Position numbers and translations under genes: made by a program. Shown piece by piece: positions 18,812 to 26,504 of a stretch of DNA of 27,019 nucleotides. The DNA is from a virus (lineage: Duplodnaviria > Caudoviricetes): the IMG/VR virus record IMGVR_UViG_3300003375_000115, positions 1 through 27,019 of that record. One strand, written 5' to 3'. The notes under the pieces are model-generated. The model did no database searches and was not told where the DNA came from. It was given only the letters and a program-made list of their open reading frames with translations. Each line of letters begins with the position of its first letter. The first letter of the stretch is position 1.

Positions 18812-19102
18812 TTACCCTCGTGTTGTTTCGTTTCCCATTCTTTGATTGACCTCTTCCAATAGCCTCTCGTAGGTAACGCCCCATTTACGCTCAAAACCTT
18901 TTGCACCCAAACCGTGAACTCCGGTATTTCCACGATGGTGTTCTGGGCAAAGTGGTAGGACTGGGGATGTAGACCTTTTGCCACCAAACCGTCTGACGTG
19001 ATGCAGTTCTGCTGGGCTACCTTCAACCCCAAGGACTGAGGAACACAAAATACATCCGAGTCTTGCAATCTTGTCAAATGCGATCTTTTCATCTTTGGTC
19101 AT
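18812..19102 (-). CDS. Ref-like (RecA-dependent) HNH nuclease
   Basis: LGCILC...AELHH...LPLCPEHHRG...GVH Zn/HNH pattern, like P1 Ref. Confidence 0.75.
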   Translation of the reverse strand: MTKDEKIAFDKIARLGCILCSSVLGVEGSPAELHHVRRFGGKRSTSPVLPLCPEHHRGNTGVHGLGAKGFERKWGVTYERLLEEVNQRMGNETTRG

Positions 19103-19352
19103 TCAATTCAATCATTTTGCGTATTTGAGTTTCCACAATATCTAGTGGAGTTTTTATCTTTTCTGGCGGTGCAACAATATACCCATCAGTTACTTGCCAC
19201 CCACCTTTTTCGTCTTTAAAAACAGCACCCTCGTCTAATAGCATTCGTGCATAAACCCCAATAGAAGATCTACTGAGATTTACCTTGATATTAGCCGAGA
19301 GTACGCCCGGATTCTGGGAGATGTATAACAGGATTCTGTATTTTTTGTCCAT
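19089..19352 (-). CDS. Winged-helix DNA-binding protein (start uncertain; the track gives 19415)
   Basis: MDKKYRILLYISQNPG...LSRSSIGVYARMLLDEGAVFK...GGWQV fits a wHTH pattern. Confidence 0.6.
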   Translation of the reverse strand: MDKKYRILLYISQNPGVLSANIKVNLSRSSIGVYARMLLDEGAVFKDEKGGWQVTDGYIVAPPEKIKTPLDIVETQIRKMIELNDQR

Positions 19353-19458
19353 TGGTGAAAAAGTGATAGCTTCCGTCAGGTAAAATTTCATACTCTGGAC
19401 AATAGGCTCCAGCAACCTTAAGTGCTAGTATAACCTCTTCTATTTCATCGGATGTCAT
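19291..19458 (-). CDS. Hypothetical protein, 55 aa (not in the ORF track)
   Basis: MTSDEIEEVILALKVAGAYCPEYEILPDGSYHFFTNGQKIQNPVIHLPESGRTLG; ATGA overlap with the upstream stop; AAGGGA RBS. Confidence 0.6.
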   Translation of the reverse strand: MTSDEIEEVILALKVAGAYCPEYEILPDGSYHFFTNGQKIQNPVIHLPESGRTLG

Positions 19459-19748
19459 AAGAAAGTCCCTTTCTTTTTGGGTAAGTTAAATATATCTAAT
19501 GGATAAGACCTAAGATCGCCATCTGACCAGCGAATAAACACCCTAGAATCATCTGAAGACCAGCATCCCAGCATTGAGCGTCCATTTTCCGTATAAGAAT
19601 AAGCAATAAAAGTATTGGGAACAGTTGTGCATTTCATATCAGTAATGGCAATTGATCCTCCCCCTTCATTGTTTACTTCAGCTATTACTCCTCTTGCGTG
19701 TGCGTTTAGGGATAACAGTAGCAATGCCATTATCAGTATCTTTTTCAT
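19455..19748 (-). CDS. Secreted/periplasmic small beta protein
   Basis: Sec signal peptide MKKILIMALLLLSLNAHA; two Cys in the mature part. Confidence 0.75.
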   Translation of the reverse strand: MKKILIMALLLLSLNAHARGVIAEVNNEGGGSIAITDMKCTTVPNTFIAYSYTENGRSMLGCWSSDDSRVFIRWSDGDLRSYPLDIFNLPKKKGTFL

Positions 19749-19860
19749 TTTCTAGTTCCTCTATTAGTTCATCGGCGATTGCTATAGCTTCTTTTGGAGT
19801 ATTACCACCAACAATAGCAAAGCAAGCGGCTAAAAATCGCATATGTTTTTTTTCGTTCAT
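19678..19860 (-). CDS. Hypothetical protein
   Basis: 60 aa, ATGA-coupled to the upstream gene, basic tail; overlaps the next gene by 71 nt. Confidence 0.6.
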   Translation of the reverse strand: MNEKKHMRFLAACFAIVGGNTPKEAIAIADELIEELENEKDTDNGIATVIPKRTRKRSNS

Positions 19861-20078
19861 TGAAGTTCAGATACTTTAATATCCCTATTGTTTTCTAACA
19901 CGGTTTCTGCGTAATGGATAAATTCTTCTTTAGACATACCCATTTCCTGTGAAATTACTGAAGCTAAAGTTAAAAAAGCAAAAAATGAAACTCTGTATTC
20001 AGGGTTGTCAGACTGTAGTAGTCTGTAAATTTTTATTACAAAGTCTTCTGCTTCTTCTTGTTCCTTGGTAATCATCAT
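19857..20078 (-). CDS. Hypothetical protein
   Basis: GGAGG RBS; coupled on both sides. Confidence 0.7.
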   Translation of the reverse strand: MMITKEQEEAEDFVIKIYRLLQSDNPEYRVSFFAFLTLASVISQEMGMSKEEFIHYAETVLENNRDIKVSELQ

Positions 20079-20347
20079 CCCTCCAGGTCTCTAAGTTGTT
20101 TCATTAAAAACTTATCTAATGGCTCATCGTTTACAAGCATCATCTTTGCTTCGCGAGTAGCTTTAATAACTTCGCAAGAATCCCTTAATGCTTTGTTGTA
20201 TCCACTTTGATAGTCATCAGTCTTATCAAATGCAGCAATCAGGGCATCCCTAACAAATGCAGAAGCTTTTCGGTCTTTTGCAAGATTACGCATCTTTTGA
20301 ACATGCTCTGGGTACAAATACAAACTGTAAGGTACTAGTGTTTCCAT
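20075..20347 (-). CDS. Putative ribbon-helix-helix DNA-binding protein
   Basis: YSLYLYPEHVQKMRNLAK...ASAFVRDALIAAF shows a strand-helix-helix pattern. Confidence 0.55.
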   Translation of the reverse strand: METLVPYSLYLYPEHVQKMRNLAKDRKASAFVRDALIAAFDKTDDYQSGYNKALRDSCEVIKATREAKMMLVNDEPLDKFLMKQLRDLEG

Positions 20348-20748
20348 TCTTTATACTCCGTATATATTGTTTTTAGCGCTTCTTGAGCAACTTTATTGAT
20401 TTTAATATCTGCTCTTGAGTTAACGTTTAAAAAGCTAGTAAGCCAGTCAACGCAAGCCGCTTCATTTTTTTCAAACAAATCACCTTTATCGTGCAGAAAC
20501 TCCCAAAATTCTTTTTCTCTACACAACATACCAGCTAACTTCACTAGTTGAGCGCCAGCAAACTCATCTCGGTTCATTGGCTCTTCGGAGTCCGCTAGCC
20601 TGACCATGACAACCATGTACCTAGACCCCACAAAATCCCTCAGAATCTCGTCAGGAGACTCATCAGGATGAATTGCTAGGGTAAGTACATGACCGTCTTT
20701 GGTCTGCTTGAGGGCTACCTTCTTAGCCTCAAATTGGCTAGTTTCCAT
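20335..20748 (-). CDS. Conserved phage hypothetical protein
   Basis: 137 aa in the operon; TAAATG coupling. Confidence 0.75.
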   Translation of the reverse strand: METSQFEAKKVALKQTKDGHVLTLAIHPDESPDEILRDFVGSRYMVVMVRLADSEEPMNRDEFAGAQLVKLAGMLCREKEFWEFLHDKGDLFEKNEAACVDWLTSFLNVNSRADIKINKVAQEALKTIYTEYKEWKH

Positions 20749-20991
20749 TTATACGCTTCCAGTTGCCAAGCAAACTAAACGCTCCCAGAATGTACGTTTT
20801 CTGGAAAGTTCTTGTTCAAGGACATCGTTGTCTTTGATCTGAGAAGCAAGAGCAGCTTGTAATTGTTTAGCAAGCTTTTCCCAATCTACGGGAAATGGCG
20901 TATTGTTAAATGGAGTTGGTTTATTTTTAACTCCAGCTGGACGACCACGTTTCTTAGCAGTTTTAGCAACTACGTCTGATTTCTTATTCAT
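20749..20991 (-). CDS. AT-hook-containing small protein
   Basis: KKRGRPAGVKNK followed by a coiled coil. Confidence 0.65.
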   Translation of the reverse strand: MNKKSDVVAKTAKKRGRPAGVKNKPTPFNNTPFPVDWEKLAKQLQAALASQIKDNDVLEQELSRKRTFWERLVCLATGSV

Positions 20992-21262
20992 CCCAAGGAT
21001 CCTTTGCAGAAGATGGAGCTGAAGACATTTCAGGCTTCCAAGTATTTACTTTTGCTGAAAGAATGTGTTTTTCAGCGCCCTTAACATTTCTCTTGTCTTT
21101 CCATAGATCAAGCTTTAAATCTACTTTATTGTCAGTAGACTCGGAAAGCAATTGCTTTAGGTAGTCTTTGTCTAAAGAAATAGTTCCGTTAAAGTCAGGA
21201 GCTTTTGGGCTTTTCTTTTCAGAGTTATGCCACATAGTTCCTTGATTCAAATAATCGCTCAT
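20984..21262 (-). CDS. Putative single-stranded DNA-binding protein
   Basis: KSPKAPDFNG motif, beta-rich core, acidic/aromatic tail KDPWDE; directly downstream of ERF; AAGGAG RBS. Confidence 0.65.
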   Translation of the reverse strand: MSDYLNQGTMWHNSEKKSPKAPDFNGTISLDKDYLKQLLSESTDNKVDLKLDLWKDKRNVKGAEKHILSAKVNTWKPEMSSAPSSAKDPWDE

Positions 21263-21265
21263 GTA

Positions 21266-21961
21266 TTACTCCTTAATAAGTGCTTTTTTAGTTGTTGAAA
21301 AATTAGTCATTAGATCCGAATAAACCTGTGCATCTAATTCCTTTACTCTATCAAATAAAACGCGGTTAGTTTTAAAGATAGTTGCTACGTCATCCGGAGT
21401 CTGCGCTCCAGTTAATAATGTTTTAACTCCTATTTCTAAAGCCTCAAACCATCCTGGAGAACCTTCTTCTCCGCTCATAGTAATAGACCATGCACCCTTA
21501 GTTGTATTAGATACAACTGGTTTAGTAGCTACTGGCGCTGGCTTAGCTACTGGTTCAGGCTTTTTTGCTGGTTCTTCCTTGCCAGTTAATGGCTCTAATG
21601 CGTCATGCTCTACGATTTCAAAAGCATTAACCCATAAGTACCGACGTAAGTAAGTCTGTACCGCCCCTAAGTTCTGAACGTCATGACAGCCCTTTAAAGC
21701 CGCGCTAGACATTGGTGAGGTAAAGGTAACAAAATTATTTGATTCGGTGCTATCGGTATCATAAATCGTTAAATAAGCCATCTCTGGTGTGAACGATACT
21801 GTGCCACATAATCCCAGGCTATCGCAAATAGCTTGAATCTGAGGGAGAAAATCCCCTAATTCAAAGTACTGATATCCAGCAAACTTGTTATGACCGGATT
21901 TCTTAAGCGCAGTGTTCTGCAACGTCATCCGCGCTTTTTGTAACTTTTTATGTATATTCAT
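21266..21961 (-). CDS. erf: ERF-family single-strand annealing protein
   Basis: KKSGHNKFAGYQYFEL and QNLGAVQTYLRRY are ERF signatures. Confidence 0.85.
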   Translation of the reverse strand: MNIHKKLQKARMTLQNTALKKSGHNKFAGYQYFELGDFLPQIQAICDSLGLCGTVSFTPEMAYLTIYDTDSTESNNFVTFTSPMSSAALKGCHDVQNLGAVQTYLRRYLWVNAFEIVEHDALEPLTGKEEPAKKPEPVAKPAPVATKPVVSNTTKGAWSITMSGEEGSPGWFEALEIGVKTLLTGAQTPDDVATIFKTNRVLFDRVKELDAQVYSDLMTNFSTTKKALIKE

Positions 21962-22191
21962 TTGTCGTGATCTTCTCTCAGTTTTTTAATTTCTTCTACT
22001 TCAATTAACTTTTCTGCATAGTGGATAACTTTTCTAAGGTCGTCAATTCCGCCTTTACGTCTCCAGCGGGTGGTGTACTTGATAATATTACCCTCAAGGT
22101 ATCCAAGCTGATTGGCAATAATGTAATCCCACGGTTGTATAGTATTTCTAGCATAATGATCTCCTCCTATTTGATGTTCGTTAGCTTTCAT
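21958..22191 (-). CDS. DUF3310 / SaV-like protein (T7 gp1.7 nucleotide kinase-like)
   Basis: GGDHY, IQPWDYI, GNIIKYTTRW..KGGIDDLRK motifs. Confidence 0.85.
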   Translation of the reverse strand: MKANEHQIGGDHYARNTIQPWDYIIANQLGYLEGNIIKYTTRWRRKGGIDDLRKVIHYAEKLIEVEEIKKLREDHDK

Positions 22192-22192
22192 G

Positions 22193-22462
22193 TCAATTCC
22201 TTACATACATTAAAACAATTACCAACACTACAAACCCAGTCGCAAATTTAAGGGCAATATCTGTCCAATATTCCAACCTCAAACGATCTGGATCTCCAAT
22301 AATCCATTTCTGTATCTCCAACATATCTACGTCTTGCTCTATATACTTAGGTTTCTGATAGTAAATACCCATCTTTACTTTTCCAGTATCAAAGGGAGTA
22401 ATACCGCTAGGAATAAAATCAGACCTAATAACCTTTTTGCGTTTTGCTCTAGTTGCCATCAT
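22193..22462 (-). CDS. Hypothetical membrane protein
   Basis: C-terminal TM FATGFVVLVIVLMYV; AAGGA RBS. Confidence 0.7.
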   Translation of the reverse strand: MMATRAKRKKVIRSDFIPSGITPFDTGKVKMGIYYQKPKYIEQDVDMLEIQKWIIGDPDRLRLEYWTDIALKFATGFVVLVIVLMYVRN

Positions 22463-22474
22463 GTTCCTTTATTT

Positions 22475-22513
22475 TATTTGCAATACAGGTTTATTATACA
22501 TATATTGCAAATA
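22475..22513. promoter_or_regulatory. 11-bp perfect inverted repeat overlapping promoter-like hexamers
   Basis: TATTTGCAATA-N17-TATTGCAAATA. The + strand reads TTGCAA-17-TATATT, and the - strand has TATAAT at 22493-22498. Confidence 0.6.
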
Positions 22514-22533
22514 TACTTTACTAGAATAAACCC

Positions 22534-23304
22534 TTAGAACAAACCTTCTGTTGAATAGGTTGGCTCTTTAGGCTGCATCAACCTTCCAATGGATTCGTTA
22601 TGGCAAAAAGCATAAATTGCTCTTTCGGTTTTATATAACTTATCTCGCTTATCTGAGCTTCCATTGTTTGGATTACGCAAAAAAGACTCCCTTAAAAGGA
22701 TGATAACTTTTTCATTTGAATTCTCGGGAACTCCGCTTAACAATACCTCTGCAAAATTGCGTAGCTTTTTTTCGCTTTCGCCGTGGTAATGGGCGATGCA
22801 AAGACCAGCATGGATAACAGAGTTTGTTAAATAACGTCGATTTGTTGGAAAAGATTTCACTGCAAATTTAGCGCTCTCGTCAAACATATTCAATAGTTCT
22901 ACGATCTCATGGCTTCCCATACGCTTAGGCTCAACCATTAGCTTAATCATAGCAATATGCTTATGTTCAATCCAATCGGATGTCCCGCTAATCTTAATGC
23001 CGTCGATCATACTTCTTGGTCGGCTCATATCAATATTCATAGCGGTATGCTTAGGCAATCCATATGTAACGTACATAGTTACAGGAATGTTTGCGCGTGT
23101 AATTCCAACCAATCTGTGCTGACCATCTGCAAGCGTACCATCCTCATAAAATGCTATGCCTTGATGCGTTGTAGTCCAATTACCATTTTTCATATCTTGT
23201 GCATACTTTTGCACTAAACGGTCACTTAGGTTTCGATTTTTGTCGTTTGTTTGCAGGAAACGAGTCGCCATCTCTGGCGTAATTCTTAACATTTCTACTT
23301 TCAT
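22534..23304 (-). CDS. ParB/Srx-like DGQHR-motif protein
   Basis: ITPEMA...NRNL...YAQDMKNGNW...GTLADGQHRL; AAGGAG RBS. Confidence 0.8.
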   Translation of the reverse strand: MKVEMLRITPEMATRFLQTNDKNRNLSDRLVQKYAQDMKNGNWTTTHQGIAFYEDGTLADGQHRLVGITRANIPVTMYVTYGLPKHTAMNIDMSRPRSMIDGIKISGTSDWIEHKHIAMIKLMVEPKRMGSHEIVELLNMFDESAKFAVKSFPTNRRYLTNSVIHAGLCIAHYHGESEKKLRNFAEVLLSGVPENSNEKVIILLRESFLRNPNNGSSDKRDKLYKTERAIYAFCHNESIGRLMQPKEPTYSTEGLF

Positions 23305-24176
23305 GATTTCTCCTTAAGATAAGTTTGATATTGCGTACAAAATTGTGCTACTGGACAGAAACTGGCACATCGGGTTCTATCACCTTCTCTAACCTCTAAT
23401 GCGTACCCTTTTCCGGACTTCTCTAATGCTACTTCTGCTTCTGATAATGATGTGTGGACGGACTTAGCTCGCATTGCACCATCTTTTTTAATTGCGTAAG
23501 TCGTGGGTTTTTCCCAACAGTCTTCAGGCGAACAATCCGGTAACTCCTCCCCTGTCTCGCTAGCAAAGAGGGCTTCGCTATGTAAATGTATGCGGTCACG
23601 GATAAAGGATTCCCTTTGCTCGTAAGACCATATCTGAACCGGAATGGTCGCCACTTGCGCTTCCGGATATCCAGGGCGAGACTGCGCGTCCCTGCGATTC
23701 CAGTCGCGTATGATGGCAATGATTTTGAGTTCCGTAACTGGCATCTTTTTGACGGTTTCGACAAGCCAAGCGTAAACATTTAATTGTTGCTCCCATTCAA
23801 TTTTCTCATTCATTACAGACCAAACGCCTACAGTCTTGTAGTCATTAATTTCTATACCATCTTCACGAGTAATCTGTAGGTCAATAGCACCTGATATATG
23901 CCACCCATCAAGCTCTGCATGAAGACGTTGCTCCACTACATGGTTCTCATCTTTTCCCTGTTCTAGGATGTTATGTACAGCAGTACCAAAAATAGACCAA
24001 ATCATATCGCTTACATCGGTAACGATTTTGTCGTCATAGATCTCTTTTAGGCGAGCTAAACGTGGAGCAGTAAGCAGACCAGTTGCAGAGATATGAGCCT
24101 TGCCTTTAGTGTAGGTAGGTCTCTCGCAGATGTTTAAGAATGTCTGGGGAAGCGAAAATTTATTGGTTATTTGCAT
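23301..24176 (-). CDS. Cas4/AddB-like PD-(D/E)xK exonuclease
   Basis: GTAVHNILE, ISGAIDL, DYKT and QLNVY motifs; Cys cluster LPDC...RCASFCPVAQFC; GGAGG RBS. Confidence 0.88.
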   Translation of the reverse strand: MQITNKFSLPQTFLNICERPTYTKGKAHISATGLLTAPRLARLKEIYDDKIVTDVSDMIWSIFGTAVHNILEQGKDENHVVEQRLHAELDGWHISGAIDLQITREDGIEINDYKTVGVWSVMNEKIEWEQQLNVYAWLVETVKKMPVTELKIIAIIRDWNRRDAQSRPGYPEAQVATIPVQIWSYEQRESFIRDRIHLHSEALFASETGEELPDCSPEDCWEKPTTYAIKKDGAMRAKSVHTSLSEAEVALEKSGKGYALEVREGDRTRCASFCPVAQFCTQYQTYLKEKS

Positions 24177-24225
24177 TTTTTGCCCTCCTAGTTTCCCATC
24201 CTTTTTTAGTTTTTTCTAATCTCAT
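24160..24225 (-). CDS. Possible 21-aa basic microprotein (not in the track)
   Basis: MRLEKTKKGWETRRAKNANNQ; ATGA overlap; GAGGA upstream; it fills the gap between two genes. Confidence 0.3.
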   Translation of the reverse strand: MRLEKTKKGWETRRAKNANNQ

Positions 24226-24416
24226 TTTTTTTGCTTCCTCTGTTTGTGATTATCATTTCGCAGCCAGTTTTTTAATAGAATAAGATCAATGATCATATCG
24301 TCTACTACGTTAATAGAGTCTATAACGTTTCTTTTTAACAACAATTCATGTACTTTTTTATGTTTTTTATCTACGCTCAATAATTTTTCTGAGTAGTCAA
24401 TCATGCTATTTTCCAT
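24222..24416 (-). CDS. Hypothetical protein
   Basis: 64 aa helical ORF in operon orientation. Confidence 0.65.
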   Translation of the reverse strand: MENSMIDYSEKLLSVDKKHKKVHELLLKRNVIDSINVVDDMIIDLILLKNWLRNDNHKQRKQKK

Positions 24417-24768
24417 ATGGGTTATATCCTTTTCTTGTTCCTTGATTGTCGTAGTAATTTATTACTCCGCTAGGACTCATTGTTTCATACCCAATACGAT
24501 TTCCGATATTGTCGTAAACCCCATCTTTAGAATTATAGTTGTTGTAATTATTTTTCCAATTCTGGGGGCTATTTTCCCAGTTCTGAGAGTTGTTATTCCA
24601 GTTCTGCTCGCTGTTACGCCAGTTCTGTGGACTAACTTCCCAGCTTTGAACCTGAGAGCAAACTGGTTTTGCATAAGTACCAATGTATAGCCCTACTATA
24701 CAAGCAATAATTCCGACCAATGATCCAGACCAATAACCCTGCCAATACCACTTTTGGTAGTCTTTCAT
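24406..24768 (-). CDS. Membrane-anchored Asn/Trp heptad-repeat protein
   Basis: N-terminal TM, then a QNW repeat with Trp at residues 43, 50, 57, 64 and 71; YDNxGxRxGY occurs twice. Confidence 0.8.
   Translation of the reverse strand: MKDYQKWYWQGYWSGSLVGIIACIVGLYIGTYAKPVCSQVQSWEVSPQNWRNSEQNWNNNSQNWENSPQNWKNNYNNYNSKDGVYDNIGNRIGYETMSPSGVINYYDNQGTRKGYNPYGK
24529..24648 (-). repeat. 21-bp degenerate coding tandem repeat
   Basis: CCA(G/A)TTCTG recurs every 21 nt on the + strand. Confidence 0.8.
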
Positions 24769-25118
24769 TTTTTCTTAGCTTTCTTCTTTGGTGCTGGAGT
24801 TAAAGACGTAAGAGCATTGTGCCAGTCCTGGCGGTTTTTGCTCCAGTTAGCAATCATTTCTGCGCGCCTCTCTTTTACATCCTCTGGAGCATATTCATTA
24901 AGTTTAAATACTTTGCAATACTCGTCCGTTGCAGCATCTATATAAAGCTCTAAAGTTGTGTCAAGTGAAAGCAATTGATTGTGCATTTCATCCTCGGACA
25001 TTGGCTCTGGACGATCTATGTACCTTTTAATTAAAAGCTGTATATTGTCTTGTATATTCCAAAAACGATTAATCGCATCTTCAATTTTGTAAAACTCTAC
25101 TGGGCTTATATCAGCCAT
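24765..25118 (-). CDS. Hypothetical protein
   Basis: 117 aa; AGGAG RBS; Lys-rich tail. Confidence 0.75.
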   Translation of the reverse strand: MADISPVEFYKIEDAINRFWNIQDNIQLLIKRYIDRPEPMSEDEMHNQLLSLDTTLELYIDAATDEYCKVFKLNEYAPEDVKERRAEMIANWSKNRQDWHNALTSLTPAPKKKAKKK

Positions 25119-25318
25119 GTGACGACTCCTGTAATGTAAATAAGCACTGCTACTACCTCAACCAATACCAGCGGAGCATCCTGTTGCAGAAAACCCGCCA
25201 GCGCCCACAAAGCACTACCTATCAATCCAAAAAATAGATTGAGTGGATAGATATTAAAACTGGTTAACGCAATCCCTACGAGACACAGCGTTGTACCAAA
25301 CCATTTAAGTAAAATCAT
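25106..25318 (-). CDS. Small three-TM membrane protein
   Basis: Almost entirely hydrophobic; ATGA coupling. Confidence 0.75.
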   Translation of the reverse strand: MILLKWFGTTLCLVGIALTSFNIYPLNLFFGLIGSALWALAGFLQQDAPLVLVEVVAVLIYITGVVTWLI

Positions 25319-25572
25319 TTCTTTGTTTTAATATGTAATGCATTGCGTAGTTCGTGGCTATGAAGTTTCTTCCCAGCAGACTTGGGAACCTCTCCAATAG
25401 CCTCTGCATCTTTGGCGGCCTCAGTTCGGCTAGCAAACTTTCCATTTGATAAGATAAATCCGTGCTGACCTTTGACTCCAATATCGTCATGGCTTTGTTT
25501 AATGCTCTTAGCCTTAACTACAGTGCCGTCTTTTTGTTTAATTGCTGGTAGTAATACTGCTAACTTTTTCAT
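25315..25572 (-). CDS. Hypothetical phage protein (start revised to MKKLAV)
   Basis: HGFILSNGKFASRTEAA motif; the ATG at 25572 overlaps the upstream TGA; GGAG RBS. Confidence 0.7.
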   Translation of the reverse strand: MKKLAVLLPAIKQKDGTVVKAKSIKQSHDDIGVKGQHGFILSNGKFASRTEAAKDAEAIGEVPKSAGKKLHSHELRNALHIKTKK

Positions 25573-25688
25573 ACATTTCTCCAATAGGTGTCATTAGGGT
25601 GTTTCAACATAGAACTCAATAGGTCGTCAACGCTTGGAAACCATTGGATACACTTGAGCCCGTCTGCTTGGTAGATGGTGAAGCTCAT
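25569..25688 (-). CDS. Hypothetical protein, 39 aa (start revised from 25754)
   Basis: MSFTIYQADGLKCIQWF...; the ATG at 25688 overlaps the TGA of the 25685-25864 ORF. Confidence 0.6.
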   Translation of the reverse strand: MSFTIYQADGLKCIQWFPSVDDLLSSMLKHPNDTYWRNV

Positions 25689-25864
25689 AGTTTGTACTCG
25701 TACTGTCTTGGTTTTGTTCTGACATGAATTAACAACGGCCCAAATCGATAGCACGAATACACGTCGCCGCCATTAAGTCGTTTGTTGTTCCACTGAAATG
25801 GTGTACCACCAAACCATTTTGTTTTATAAATGTTAATTTTCAAACTATCATCAATGATAATCAT
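25685..25864 (-). CDS. Hypothetical protein, 59 aa (not in the ORF track)
   Basis: MIIIDDSLKINIYKTKWFGGTPFQWNNKRLNGGDVYSCYRFGPLLIHVRTKPRQYEYKL; AGGAG RBS; starts 1 nt after the upstream stop. Confidence 0.75.
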   Translation of the reverse strand: MIIIDDSLKINIYKTKWFGGTPFQWNNKRLNGGDVYSCYRFGPLLIHVRTKPRQYEYKL

Positions 25865-25865
25865 C

Positions 25866-26054
25866 CTATTCTCCTATTCCGTGGGCGCGTTCGATGGCAC
25901 GGGCGAACTCCAATGCACCCATCACATCAGGCACAATGCCGCCGTTGTCAAACAATCTAATATACTGCTCTGCCAATTTATAAACATCTTCCGCAGTCAA
26001 CGGGGTGCGTTGCGCGTCTTGCCGGTCTTGTGTGGTGAATGTCGTCAATGTCAA
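25866..26054 (-). CDS. Hypothetical protein (LTxE...FARAI family)
   Basis: PLTAEDV...EFARAIERAHGIGE; AAGGAG RBS. Confidence 0.75.
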   Translation of the reverse strand: MTLTTFTTQDRQDAQRTPLTAEDVYKLAEQYIRLFDNGGIVPDVMGALEFARAIERAHGIGE

Positions 26055-26060
26055 TTCTCC

Positions 26061-26504
26061 TTATCCGTTATTTGCAAATTCGCCATGATACTTATGACGC
26101 ATTGTGTCTGCCACAAACTTAGCTACATTGATGTCATAGTATGAACCAAATGATTTTTGTTTACCACTAACGCTCATTCTTACACGCCATTTATTATCAC
26201 GGCTACTCCATAATACATTTTTAACACCAGAAGTATTGTGTTTACCTCGCCTAACATTCATATTGTTTGTGTAGCGATTTGCTTCACGCAAATTTTCAAT
26301 ACGGTTGTTTAGCTGATTGTTATCAATATGGTCGATTTCAGTTGGCAAATACCCGTGGTGCATTAAGAAAATGATACGGTGCGCAAGATACAATTTGCCT
26401 CCGATACTAATCTGTTTTTTACCGCGGGCTGTTACAGTACCGGCTTGTTTGCCATTTTTTTTCCAATAAAGTTCGCCATCTTTATATTCAAACAAATCTT
26501 TCAT
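26061..26504 (-). CDS. Free-standing HNH endonuclease with AP2-like DNA-binding domain
   Basis: AHRIIF...IDHIDNNQLNNRIENLR...N (HNH) and NTSGVKNV.W...KWRVR...GSY...HGEFA (AP2). Confidence 0.9.
   Translation of the reverse strand: MKDLFEYKDGELYWKKNGKQAGTVTARGKKQISIGGKLYLAHRIIFLMHHGYLPTEIDHIDNNQLNNRIENLREANRYTNNMNVRRGKHNTSGVKNVLWSSRDNKWRVRMSVSGKQKSFGSYYDINVAKFVADTMRHKYHGEFANNG

Noticed and set aside
23301-24648. Cas4-like gene near a 21-bp repeat as a mini CRISPR system
   Set aside because: The repeats are degenerate, in-frame and coding, with no spacers. No cas1 or cas2 is present, and solo Cas4-like nucleases are common in phages.
26061-26504. HNH gene as part of a self-splicing intron
   Set aside because: The flanking ORFs are intact and separately terminated, and there is no non-coding room for a ribozyme core.
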